Assembly (NCBI RefSeq): GCF_044324785.1
Contig: NZ_CP172129.1
From: Escherichia coli
GTDB taxonomy: Bacteria; Pseudomonadota; Gammaproteobacteria; Enterobacterales; Enterobacteriaceae
Reading direction: 5' to 3' (one strand)
Length of the DNA: 64,000 nucleotides
Position numbers and translations under genes: made by a program. Shown in pieces: positions 44,977 through 53,228 of the stretch. Positions within the stretch are counted from its first letter, which is position 1; each line of letters starts with the position of its first letter. The notes beneath the pieces are model-generated. The model searched no databases and was not told the origin of the DNA. It was given only the letters and a program-made list of their open reading frames with translations.

Positions 44977-45190
44977 ATGATCTCCTTTTTATCTTATCGG
45001 ATATTGAATAATAATTATCACCAACAAAGTAACATATTGCAGACATTAATGCAGAGAAGCAAAATGTATGCATGGATAAAAAGTCCTTTCCTCTAAAAAC
45101 ACAATCATATATAGCTAATGCAATATATATTGCGGTGGCATTTATTATAAATGCAAATAACAACTCTAATTTTGTTCTTTTTCTATCCAT
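44954..45190 (-). CDS. cvi: Cvi, colicin V immunity protein
   Basis: 78-aa hydrophobic ORF directly upstream of and overlapping cvaC. Confidence 0.85.
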   Translation of the reverse strand: MDRKRTKLELLFAFIINATAIYIALAIYDCVFRGKDFLSMHTFCFSALMSAICYFVGDNYYSISDKIKRRSYENSDSK

Positions 45191-45237
45191 TACTTTTTAT
45201 CCCATTACTTTCTATCCCATTACCACACAAACACTAA

Positions 45238-45256
45238 CGATAATGATTATCGTTAA
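45238..45256. promoter_or_regulatory. Fur box in the cvi-cvaC promoter
   Basis: CGATAATGATTATCGTTAA about 50 bp upstream of the cvi start. Confidence 0.6.
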
Positions 45257-45308
45257 CATAGTCAAGAGTGAAGGGTAGGAGGCCCTCAACCCCCTATAAG
45301 GGGTCCGC

Positions 45309-46128
45309 TTGGAAAACGGATTTCCCCACGTCAAGAGAATTGATTTGAACGAGTGGCTTCGCTACAAACAGCTCCCGTTTGTGTGTGAAAAACCCCTCTC
45401 AACAGATCTCAACTCTGCACGATATCTACAGGAGATTGCTCCAAAAGGCAGTATCGTGTCTTTTAACTACCGATATAACCCCGTCATCGACATGATAATG
45501 CGTCTGAGAAATGAGAAGAAATTAGGTGAACTGCATTTCTTCTCAGCAGAATTTAATAAAAATTCTGCACTGACCCGCCATCACCTGACCTGGCGAGACT
45601 CCGCACAACAGAGCAAAAGCAGCGGTGCTCTGGGCGATCTATCCTGTCATCTGCTTGATTTATTTTGTTTTATAGGGGAAAGCCCGGTAGTGGTTCATGG
45701 GATCAAAACGGTAAAGGGGACACGTGGGTACAAAATCAGATGGTCAGGTTGAAGTGGATGATAACGGCTATGTAATGGGCAGTTCAGAAAAGGGAGCTTA
45801 TTTCAGAGTTCATGCCAGTAAATCGGAAACAGATCATAATTTGGGACTGCATATACAGCTTGTATTTGAAAATGGTGAAATCAGATATTCAACCCACCAT
45901 GAAAATCGCCTGCTCCTGATTCTATTTAATGATACGAATACGGAAACAATTGGCTTCGACGCTCTGAAACGCTTGCCTGATCCACCACGGGAGCTTCCAT
46001 TCTGGTCTGATTCGTTTATTCATCTTCATGACGACTGGTGTGCTCTTATTAAATATGGTCACTCGTCTCCTAAGCTGGCGGACCTGTCATCCGGCCTTCA
46101 TATACAGGAAATAATTGAGGCATTCTGA
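45309..46128 (+). pseudogene. Gfo/Idh/MocA-family oxidoreductase remnant (lacks N-terminal Rossmann domain, internal frameshift)
   Basis: ORFs 45309-45752 and 45724-46128 in different frames; first contains the conserved EKP motif region (…FVCEKPLS…). Confidence 0.45.
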
Positions 46129-46129
46129 T

Positions 46130-46399
46130 ATGGATACCATTCTTTTAACCGGGCTGTTTGCTGCATTTTTCACAACGTTTGCGTTCGCTCCCCAGAGCAT
46201 AAAAACTATCAGGACACGCAATACCGAAGGTATCTCCGTTGTTATGTATATCATGTTCCTGACAGGTGTAATCTCATGGATAGCGTATGGCATTATGCGA
46301 TCTGATTTTGCCGTACTGATCGCCAATATTGTCACACTGTTTCTGGCTGCACCAGTGCTTGTAATAACACTTATCAACCGCAGGAAAAAACACGTATGA
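46130..46399 (+). CDS. Small membrane protein with a PQ-loop (SemiSWEET-like) motif
   Basis: About 89 aa, three hydrophobic segments and an AFAPQ motif. Confidence 0.4.
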   Translation: MDTILLTGLFAAFFTTFAFAPQSIKTIRTRNTEGISVVMYIMFLTGVISWIAYGIMRSDFAVLIANIVTLFLAAPVLVITLINRRKKHV

Positions 46400-46662
46400 A
46401 TATTGCAATCATCGGCGCGGGTCCTGCCGGCATCATTTCTGCCCGTAATGCGATTAAAGCAGGTCACTCCGTGGTTCTGTTTGAGAAGAATACCCGAATT
46501 GGGGGGATCTGGAACCCCTGGAGTGGTGGCGCTTACCGTAATGCCTGTATGCAGAACTCTCGTTATACATTTCATTATACTGGCTTTCCCCCTGGCGATA
46601 TCGATGAACGAAGTTGGATGCAAATGTCAGATCGTGTGCGCCTGTTAGGGCGCGGCTGGTAA
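46396..46662 (+). pseudogene. N-terminal fragment of an FAD/NAD(P)-binding oxidoreductase
   Basis: Dinucleotide-binding motif IAIIGAGPAG followed by premature termination at 88 aa. Confidence 0.4.
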
Positions 46663-46717
46663 GAGAGCCTTATAGGCGCATTTGAAAAACCTCCGGCTAT
46701 GCCGGAGGATATTTATT

Positions 46718-47170
46718 TCATAATATTCTGAGCAGTCTTGCCGGGTTTCCTGCATAAATGCCTTTGTTCTCAATCGGTTTTACCACAACTGAACCCGCAC
46801 CAATAACAGCTCCGCTGCATATATACGGAGACAGAATAATGGCTCCACTGCCAACAGTAACCGAATCCCCCAGGGTAATGCTGATCCAGTTATCCGGTGA
46901 CGGATCTGGTGCTCCTGAACGAAACAGATCGTTGGCGAACGTCACGTTATGACCAATGAAGCAGTTCTCCCCCAGTGTTACGTTCTCACAAATAAACGTG
47001 TGCGACTGTATCCGGCTTCCACTACCAATGACACAGCCTTTCTGTATCTCAACGAAGGGGCCGACAAACACGTTGTCCCTGAGTTCACATTCATAAATGT
47101 TGACCGGTTTGACAATACGGACATTGGTCCCATAAATCACATCCCGGACAGCACATTCCATAAATTTCAT
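46718..47170 (-). CDS. Hexapeptide-repeat (left-handed beta-helix) acyl/acetyltransferase
   Basis: Repeated [LIV]-G-x-x-x-x hexapeptide pattern through the ORF. Confidence 0.55.
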   Translation of the reverse strand: MKFMECAVRDVIYGTNVRIVKPVNIYECELRDNVFVGPFVEIQKGCVIGSGSRIQSHTFICENVTLGENCFIGHNVTFANDLFRSGAPDPSPDNWISITLGDSVTVGSGAIILSPYICSGAVIGAGSVVVKPIENKGIYAGNPARLLRIL

Positions 47171-47462
47171 ACTCACACGTCCTTTAAATACAGATGACAC
47201 TTGCCGGAATTATACAGCCCAGATTCACTTGCTATGTTTCAGAATAGCTTATAAGCCGCACTTTTACCGATACTCAGCAACAAATCAGGTCTGGATCCAC
47301 TTCAGCCGGAAACCGGATCTGCGCGGCGGGGAACGGGCATACAATATGATAATTAAGCAACTTATATAAAACCATATCTGATATTATTAATAATAAATAA
47401 CACACAAATCATGCGGGATATGATTTTTATTTGTCAGAACATTATCAGATGGAGCGTGCAGG

Positions 47463-47723
47463 ATGGATGAAGAAAGGGTGTTTTCACTCAGCTATGAACA
47501 ACTGACCCGGTTTGCGGAAAAACGCATCCGGGAATGCAATCTGGACAGCCAGGGCGTAACTTATCTCTGCGAGTCAGCCAAAGCCGGAGCTGTGCTGATC
47601 TTCTGGCATGAACTGGCCATAAATGGCTATGCCTCAATGAATGCCATAAAGAGACAGGAGATCATTGACGCCGACCATCAGCGCCTCAGAAAGCTCATCT
47701 GGCCGGAGGATGACTGGAAATGA
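47463..47723 (+). CDS. Hypothetical protein (86 aa), first gene of an overlapping two-gene unit
   Basis: ORF with ATGA stop/start overlap to the next gene. Confidence 0.4.
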   Translation: MDEERVFSLSYEQLTRFAEKRIRECNLDSQGVTYLCESAKAGAVLIFWHELAINGYASMNAIKRQEIIDADHQRLRKLIWPEDDWK

Positions 47724-48310
47724 CTCAGAGCCGCCGACCGTCGCCACTGCAGCGAAGAATGCTGATTGTGCTGGCTGCCCTTGATGAAAAACGGCCAGGA
47801 CCCGTGCTGACGCGGGACATAGAACGGGTGCTGGAGCGAAGCGGGGAAGCCCCAGTCTACGGGCCAAACCTGCGCGCCTCCTGCCGTCGTCTGGAGGATG
47901 CCGGCTGGCTGCGTACCCTGCGCGCTCCGAACCTGCAGCTGGCAGTGGAGCTGACGGACGTCGGCCGGGCCGTGGCACAGCCTCTGCTGCTGGCAGAACA
48001 GGACCGCCTCCGGGCAGAACAGCGTGCGGCAGAAGTCGTCGTACTGCCGCTGGTCCCGGCAGCAGGTCTGCCCGCAGATGGCACTTCTGCCACTGATCTG
48101 GCGGTGCAGCTGAACGGCATAACGTATCAGGCCTGCCGTGGGGATTTTGTGGTGCATCTCGACGGCAGCACCTGTCTGCAGTTATGGAATAAAGAAGGCA
48201 GGGTGGTACGCCGGGAGGGCGATCCGCTGGAAGTGGCGCAGTGGCTGCAGGCCTGTCACGATGCAGGAATGGAGGTTCGCGTACAGATAAATGAAAGTGC
48301 CGCTCCGTAA
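47720..48310 (+). CDS. Hypothetical protein (196 aa), GC-rich
   Basis: Coupled to the upstream ORF; a decayed second copy exists at 38245-38582. Confidence 0.45.
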   Translation: MTQSRRPSPLQRRMLIVLAALDEKRPGPVLTRDIERVLERSGEAPVYGPNLRASCRRLEDAGWLRTLRAPNLQLAVELTDVGRAVAQPLLLAEQDRLRAEQRAAEVVVLPLVPAAGLPADGTSATDLAVQLNGITYQACRGDFVVHLDGSTCLQLWNKEGRVVRREGDPLEVAQWLQACHDAGMEVRVQINESAAP

Positions 48311-48329
48311 GAACACGCCTGTGCACGGT

Positions 48330-48587
48330 TTACACATCATCCCATGGTGGCAGCCGGTTAACTTTCCTGCGCCCCCAGTAGATAAACCACATTGCACATC
48401 CCCAGGAAATGCCCCATAAGCCCCCCGTCAGCACCGTGACCTGCCAGAACGGCATAAAGGGTAATGGCGGAAGCCGGATACCCAGCCGCCAGAGAATACA
48501 CAGAAGAGGAGGGGCATAATTGCTCCGCCACATCTTTTTGCTGTCCATCAGGGCAATGGCCCGGGCTTTTTTCTGCTCAAAGGTCAC
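48330..48587 (-). CDS. Small membrane protein (85 aa), paralog of 38601-38909 with a 28-aa in-frame deletion
   Basis: Hydrophobic ORF; aligns with 38601-38909. Confidence 0.4.
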   Translation of the reverse strand: MTFEQKKARAIALMDSKKMWRSNYAPPLLCILWRLGIRLPPLPFMPFWQVTVLTGGLWGISWGCAMWFIYWGRRKVNRLPPWDDV

Positions 48588-48715
48588 AGGAGCACCTCCG
48601 TTCCATGATGTAAACGTGACACAGCTTATTGTTATTGATTATTATTATCATGCTGTGGTTATGTTGTCATGCATCAGTACACTGACAAAAGTGCAAAAGA
48701 AAGGAAAACAGGCAG

Positions 48716-49051
48716 ATGAACAGAAAATATTATTTTAATAATATGTGGTGGGGATGGGTGACGGGGGGATATATGCTGTATATGTCATGGGATTATGATT
48801 TTAAATACAGATTACTGTTCTGGTGTATTTCTCTCTGCGGAATGGTTTTGTATCCGGTTGCAAAATGGTATATTGAAGATACAGCTCTGAAATTTACCCG
48901 GCCTGATTTCTGGAACAGCGGTTTTTTTGCTGATACACCTGGAAAAATGGGATTGCTTGCTGTTTATACGGGTACTGTTTTCATATTATCTCTTCCGTTA
49001 AGTCTGATATATATTCTTTCTGTTATTATAAAAAGGCTGTCTGTAAGATAG
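48716..49051 (+). CDS. Colicin Ia immunity protein
   Basis: 111-aa membrane protein MNRKYYFNNMWWGWVTGGYMLYMSWDY… matching colicin Ia/Ib immunity; convergent with cia. Confidence 0.85.
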   Translation: MNRKYYFNNMWWGWVTGGYMLYMSWDYDFKYRLLFWCISLCGMVLYPVAKWYIEDTALKFTRPDFWNSGFFADTPGKMGLLAVYTGTVFILSLPLSLIYILSVIIKRLSVR

Positions 49052-49072
49052 ACAGCCTGTCTTATATTTTAT

Positions 49073-50953
49073 TTAAATACCCCAGAACTTATTCGCTTTT
49101 TCCACAAGCGATTCATCAATCAGCGCACCGGTGACAGCCATCAGTAAACCATACCCGATAATGCCTAAAGCGCTTCCGGTAAGAATACTGAAGACCAGTG
49201 CAACAAGAGCCGTTGCGGCATTGCCTGCTATAATGGCTTCTGTTTTAACAAAAAGAGGACGCCAGTTCTCTGTCCGGACACCCTTACCAAACTCAGTGAT
49301 CCAGTCAGCAAGACTTGTAAATTTTCCTGCATATCCCAGTCCCCGACTGAATCTGTTCAGATTAGACGATATATCAGACAGCTTCACTGACTCAAGGGCT
49401 GCGGCAATCGCTGCACGATCTTTTGCATTAATTTTTTTGTTAATGTCAGCCCGGTACTTTTCATACGTTTTTAATGCCTCTTCAACATTACGTATTTTCT
49501 TCCCTTTAGCCTGCCCGGCCATCTCTCTGGCTAACTGCTCAGCTTTTGCACCATATTTTTCTGAAACTGATTTCAGGAACTCTGTTGTGAAATTAATTGC
49601 GTCTTTCGTTGCCTTCAGTTCATCCTGTTTTCTTTTCTCTTCCGCTATCTTCTGATTGATGCCGGCAAGCTGGTTACGGATATTCTCTTTTTCCTTCAAC
49701 AGGGCATTAAGAGCGTCATTTGCATGCTTTTGCTCATTTGTTCTGGCACTGAGGTTATTTCTCGCAGAATTTACCGCAGATTCAGCAGAGGTGATTTTAT
49801 TTCTGGCATCAAGCAATCTTTGCCGTAACTTATCCCATTCAGCAACTTCAGCATTATAAATTTTCTTGTCACCTTCCACATCCTCTGTCACCACCGGATT
49901 CCGGTCATTCAGAATATTGCGTTTATAGTCCAGACCGGAATGGGTCAGAAGATAATTCAGGTTTGCACGGTTATCGATGACTGCGCTGGTTGTGATTTTT
50001 ATCGTACCGGCAAATCTCGGATCACCGCTCACAACAATAGAATGATTTGTTGATGAACGCCCCGGGAATTTTTCAGGGGAAACTATCGTTTTGCCGTCAA
50101 GCGTGTTTTTCTGTTGCGTCAGCTGTTGCTCAGCTCTGGTTAATGCATTACGGGCCGTGTTAAGCGATTCCGTCACTGAACTGAGTTTATTCCGGGCCTC
50201 TGAAATGGCCCTGTCATTCCGTGTCTGCTGCCCGAGCAGACGGGCCTGTTGTGCATCAAGAACGGCAAGGGCTGCCCCGCCATTTTTTTCCAGCTCTGAC
50301 AACCGCGTGTCCAGAATACCTTTTCTGCGCTCGTATTCAGCAAGCATATCAGCGGCCTTCTTGTCTGCGTTCTGCGCATCCTTCTGCCGTTTTTCAGCCT
50401 GTTCGATTAACGACCTGGCCTCCCGGGGAGATATACGAAGAGAATCAGCATCAGCAAAGAGCATCCGGCTCTCTGTATGCAGCCGGAGGGCATCATATCC
50501 GGCGATTTCAGTACGGAATCCGTATTCTCTCAGCTCTGCCTGCAGGAGTCTGAACTCCTGTCGTGTAATATCAGCGGCATCTGCGTTTCCGGCACGGAGT
50601 GTTTTCAGTGTGTTTTCATCTTTTTCCCTTGCAGCAATCGCCGCAGAGAGGCGTTTTGCGGCTTCAGTACGCTTATTCTCATTCTCTTTCTGCTGCGCGC
50701 TGAGCGTCATTTTGTACGCTGTGATTTCCTTGTCCCTTTTTTCGATATCACTTCGGGTTGGGGAATCATCGACCCACTCGTTTCCGCCCCAGATGGTTTT
50801 GTTCCCGAAGGAACTCCATGCAGGCGGGGTACCATGAAAGACATCGACACGTGGAGGGTTTACATAAATATCAACGGCCATAATTTCATGGCCATCTGAA
50901 TCATACCCCAGCGATTCTGCACCGGGATTTGTAATACGTACAGGGTCAGACAT
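49073..50953 (-). CDS. cia: Colicin Ia (pore-forming colicin)
   Basis: 626-aa ORF MSDPVRITNPGAESLGYDSDGHEIMAVDIYVNPPRVDVFHG… with long coiled coil and C-terminal hydrophobic channel domain. Confidence 0.9.
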   Translation of the reverse strand: MSDPVRITNPGAESLGYDSDGHEIMAVDIYVNPPRVDVFHGTPPAWSSFGNKTIWGGNEWVDDSPTRSDIEKRDKEITAYKMTLSAQQKENENKRTEAAKRLSAAIAAREKDENTLKTLRAGNADAADITRQEFRLLQAELREYGFRTEIAGYDALRLHTESRMLFADADSLRISPREARSLIEQAEKRQKDAQNADKKAADMLAEYERRKGILDTRLSELEKNGGAALAVLDAQQARLLGQQTRNDRAISEARNKLSSVTESLNTARNALTRAEQQLTQQKNTLDGKTIVSPEKFPGRSSTNHSIVVSGDPRFAGTIKITTSAVIDNRANLNYLLTHSGLDYKRNILNDRNPVVTEDVEGDKKIYNAEVAEWDKLRQRLLDARNKITSAESAVNSARNNLSARTNEQKHANDALNALLKEKENIRNQLAGINQKIAEEKRKQDELKATKDAINFTTEFLKSVSEKYGAKAEQLAREMAGQAKGKKIRNVEEALKTYEKYRADINKKINAKDRAAIAAALESVKLSDISSNLNRFSRGLGYAGKFTSLADWITEFGKGVRTENWRPLFVKTEAIIAGNAATALVALVFSILTGSALGIIGYGLLMAVTGALIDESLVEKANKFWGI

Positions 50954-50993
50954 TCGGTATCTCCTTCATCCGCTGAGGAAAACAAATGAATTA

Positions 50994-51024
50994 ACTGCTT
51001 ACGTATGTGGATACATATACAGTA
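50994..51024. promoter_or_regulatory. Probable SOS operator (tandem overlapping LexA boxes) in the cia promoter
   Basis: On the cia strand: TTGACA …17 nt… TACTGTATATGTATCCACATACGTAAGCAG, containing CTGT-N8-type half sites. Confidence 0.55.
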
Positions 51025-51138
51025 TTAATTTATTAAGGAGAAAATGGCATGTCAAGATTTAATGATAGTGATTATCATTAACATGAAGTGATTTTACGTC
51101 TGGATAACGTAAATGATTGCGGTATACAGGCCAGGCGG

Positions 51139-51987
51139 TCAGATTTTCAGCCGTGCCTGTTCCTGCAGCAGTTCCAGATGATATGCAGCAATAGCGTTTA
51201 CCACCCCTGCCGTCATCCGTGCGTCGGCGATCGCTGAGTGTGCCTGCCCTTCCCAGGTCAGTCCGGCCTGGCTGGCAGCACAGGCCAGTGAAATCGTGCC
51301 ATAGCGGTTGGTGGCCCCATAATATCCTGCAGCCAGCTCCATCGCACAATATACCGTCAGTTCTTCCAGCCAGTCAGCCGGATCGCTATGTGCGGCAGCA
51401 GTCTGTTTCAGAATGCGGATGTCGAACCGGGCATTAAAGATAATTACTGGTCGGTCCCCGATTGCATGACGCAGTTGCCGCGCCACATCTGTCCATGATG
51501 GTGCGCCGCAGAGAGCCTGCTCGCTGATACCATGCACAGCGGCGGCCTGCGCCCCGATGGCGACCGTGGGCTTCAGCCTGGTTTCAAATACCACCTGACC
51601 GGACGCATCGGTCAGGCCGATTTCCAGAGCTTCCGCGGTATTGTCCAGTCCTGTCGTTTCAGTATCCAGAAAGAGCGGTGCCAGACTCAGCCAGTCATAT
51701 GCCTGCCGTGCCATCCGGCCACTGGTGCTGTTAAGTCTGGATAAAACGGAAAGTCGCTGGCCAGCCAGAAGTTGTTTACTCGTCAGTGGGCGTTTCTCAC
51801 GCATCGGAACACAGTCTGCAATTCGGTATACAGCGAACCTGCCACCATAAGTGTTTTTATACCACTTAACCGGCTCAGCACCGGGGGCTGGCTTCATTCT
51901 GAATTCATCGCGCAGCCGTTCTTTCGAGAAACACCTGTCTTCGGCAATCGCCTGCGCACGTCTGGTGGCCAGCTCATCATTATTCAT
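51139..51987 (-). CDS. DnaQ-like 3'-5' exonuclease (DEDDh) domain protein with an N-terminal extension
   Basis: 282-aa ORF with Exo I motif (…LFLDTETTGLD…) and later H/D motifs (…HSAIADARMTA…). Confidence 0.6.
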   Translation of the reverse strand: MNNDELATRRAQAIAEDRCFSKERLRDEFRMKPAPGAEPVKWYKNTYGGRFAVYRIADCVPMREKRPLTSKQLLAGQRLSVLSRLNSTSGRMARQAYDWLSLAPLFLDTETTGLDNTAEALEIGLTDASGQVVFETRLKPTVAIGAQAAAVHGISEQALCGAPSWTDVARQLRHAIGDRPVIIFNARFDIRILKQTAAAHSDPADWLEELTVYCAMELAAGYYGATNRYGTISLACAASQAGLTWEGQAHSAIADARMTAGVVNAIAAYHLELLQEQARLKI

Positions 51988-52032
51988 GGTTCTTGCATCT
52001 CCGTCAGACCTTTTTATATCCGGACAGCCCCT

Positions 52033-52314
52033 CTATGGCCACTTCTGTGCAGTATGCAATACACGCAGGATATACACTTTTCCCCACTGGCTGTCGACCT
52101 CATAAACCAGAACAAAATGCGGGTGAATAACCAGTTCCCGGGTACCTTCCACACGACCGTTGCGGCCTTTATACGGCTGCCCGGCCAGGCTGCTGGCTGA
52201 ATAACCAATCCGTTCGTCCAGTTCAATGGCGGCCATCAGGTTCTGCTCCGCAATGTACTCACGAATGCGCTTCCTGTCCTGGCTGGCCAGCATGGTCCAG
52301 AATATCTCCATCAT
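52033..52314 (-). CDS. RelE/ParE-superfamily type II toxin
   Basis: 93-aa ORF overlapping the upstream antitoxin by 4 bp; ParE/RelE-like C-terminus (…HPHFVLVYEVDSQWGKVYILRVLH…). Confidence 0.65.
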   Translation of the reverse strand: MMEIFWTMLASQDRKRIREYIAEQNLMAAIELDERIGYSASSLAGQPYKGRNGRVEGTRELVIHPHFVLVYEVDSQWGKVYILRVLHTAQKWP

Positions 52315-52580
52315 TTACCGGCGACTTTCCTGCTCATTTCATCCCGCCATGCAGCAGCGGAAGATTCGACCATGTCATGGGGAAGCACATCGCCGCGCTC
52401 GAGTTGCTGACGTCCTGCCTCAACCTGGTCACGGAACCAGGTATTATGCTGCCGTTCCACGGTCTGGCGCATAAAATCCCGGATTAACTGAGAGCCATTA
52501 CGGTCCATGCTTTTTGCAGCGGCCATAAAAGCATCCTTCAGTTCAGCGTCAATTCTTAAACTCATATTAACCTGTGCCAT
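52311..52580 (-). CDS. Ribbon-helix-helix type II antitoxin
   Basis: 89-aa ORF MAQVNMSLRIDAELKDAF… upstream of the toxin. Confidence 0.6.
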   Translation of the reverse strand: MAQVNMSLRIDAELKDAFMAAAKSMDRNGSQLIRDFMRQTVERQHNTWFRDQVEAGRQQLERGDVLPHDMVESSAAAWRDEMSRKVAGK

Positions 52581-53190
52581 TTATCACCTCGTCATTACTA
52601 CGTATATACACAGTATATAACGATTCAGATATCGTCACCAGAATATGCCGCGTCAGCGGCATGGAAGGCGGCACTCTGTTGTTGCATATGACACAGGAGT
52701 AAAACCGCCGAAGCCCGGCGTAAGCCGGTACGGACTGATAGATTTCACCTTACCCATCCCCAGCCCTGCTAGGCCATATCCGCTTTCAGCCATGATAAAG
52801 CTTCTGTGCGCGGTCGGAGTGGTCCCGACGAGGGTTTACCCGAAGTCGGGGCGTATCTCCGCGTTAGCGGGCCGTCAGGGCCGCTTACGAGCGTGTACTC
52901 AATACTTTCAGCGAGAAGACTGACAGCCATGATGGAGTATAGTTACAACATTCATAATTAAAAGCGACTCTGTTCCGGCCCGAAGGGCCGGGGCGGGGCC
53001 GCTTTTCAGTTATGAGGGAGGGGCTTTGTGGTTTCAGTTCTGCGCTGGTTCGGGGTTTTTCTGGAGGTTGGTTTTGTGTGTTGTAACTAAAGTGGCTCCG
53101 GTTGGGGCCCGCCGTTTACGGTGGGAGGTGCATATCTGTCTGTCCACAGGACAGGCAGTGAATAGGTTTTCTTTTTAAATGAATGTAATT

Positions 53191-53228
53191 GGGGAGCCCG
53201 CAGAATTCGGAAAAAATCGTACGCTAAG
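53191..53228. repeat. 38-bp Tn3-superfamily terminal inverted repeat (GGGGAGCCCGCAGAATTCGGAAAAAATCGTACGCTAAG)
   Basis: GGGG…ACGCTAAG pattern overlapping the tnpA stop. Confidence 0.8.

Noticed and set aside
47634-48326. 230-aa minus-strand ORF antisense to the 196-aa gene at 47720-48310
   Set aside because: Pro/Arg-rich low-complexity translation typical of a spurious ORF in GC-rich DNA; the plus-strand ORF is translationally coupled (ATGA overlap) to the upstream gene and has a pseudogenised paralog, so the plus strand is preferred.
50091-50837. 248-aa plus-strand ORF (and several shorter ones) inside the cia coding region
   Set aside because: Antisense to a confidently recognised colicin Ia gene; Ser/Cys/Arg-rich composition consistent with an antisense artefact of the coiled-coil coding sequence.
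52645-53190. GC-rich stem-loop-forming stretch (for example CCGGCCCGAAGGGCCGG) between the antitoxin promoter and the Tn21 terminal repeat, considered as a possible structured RNA or small ORF (52645-52923)
   Set aside because: No recognisable RNA family and no conserved coding features; partly homologous to the sequence upstream of the decayed toxin-antitoxin copy, so more likely promoter or intergenic sequence disrupted by the Tn21 insertion.
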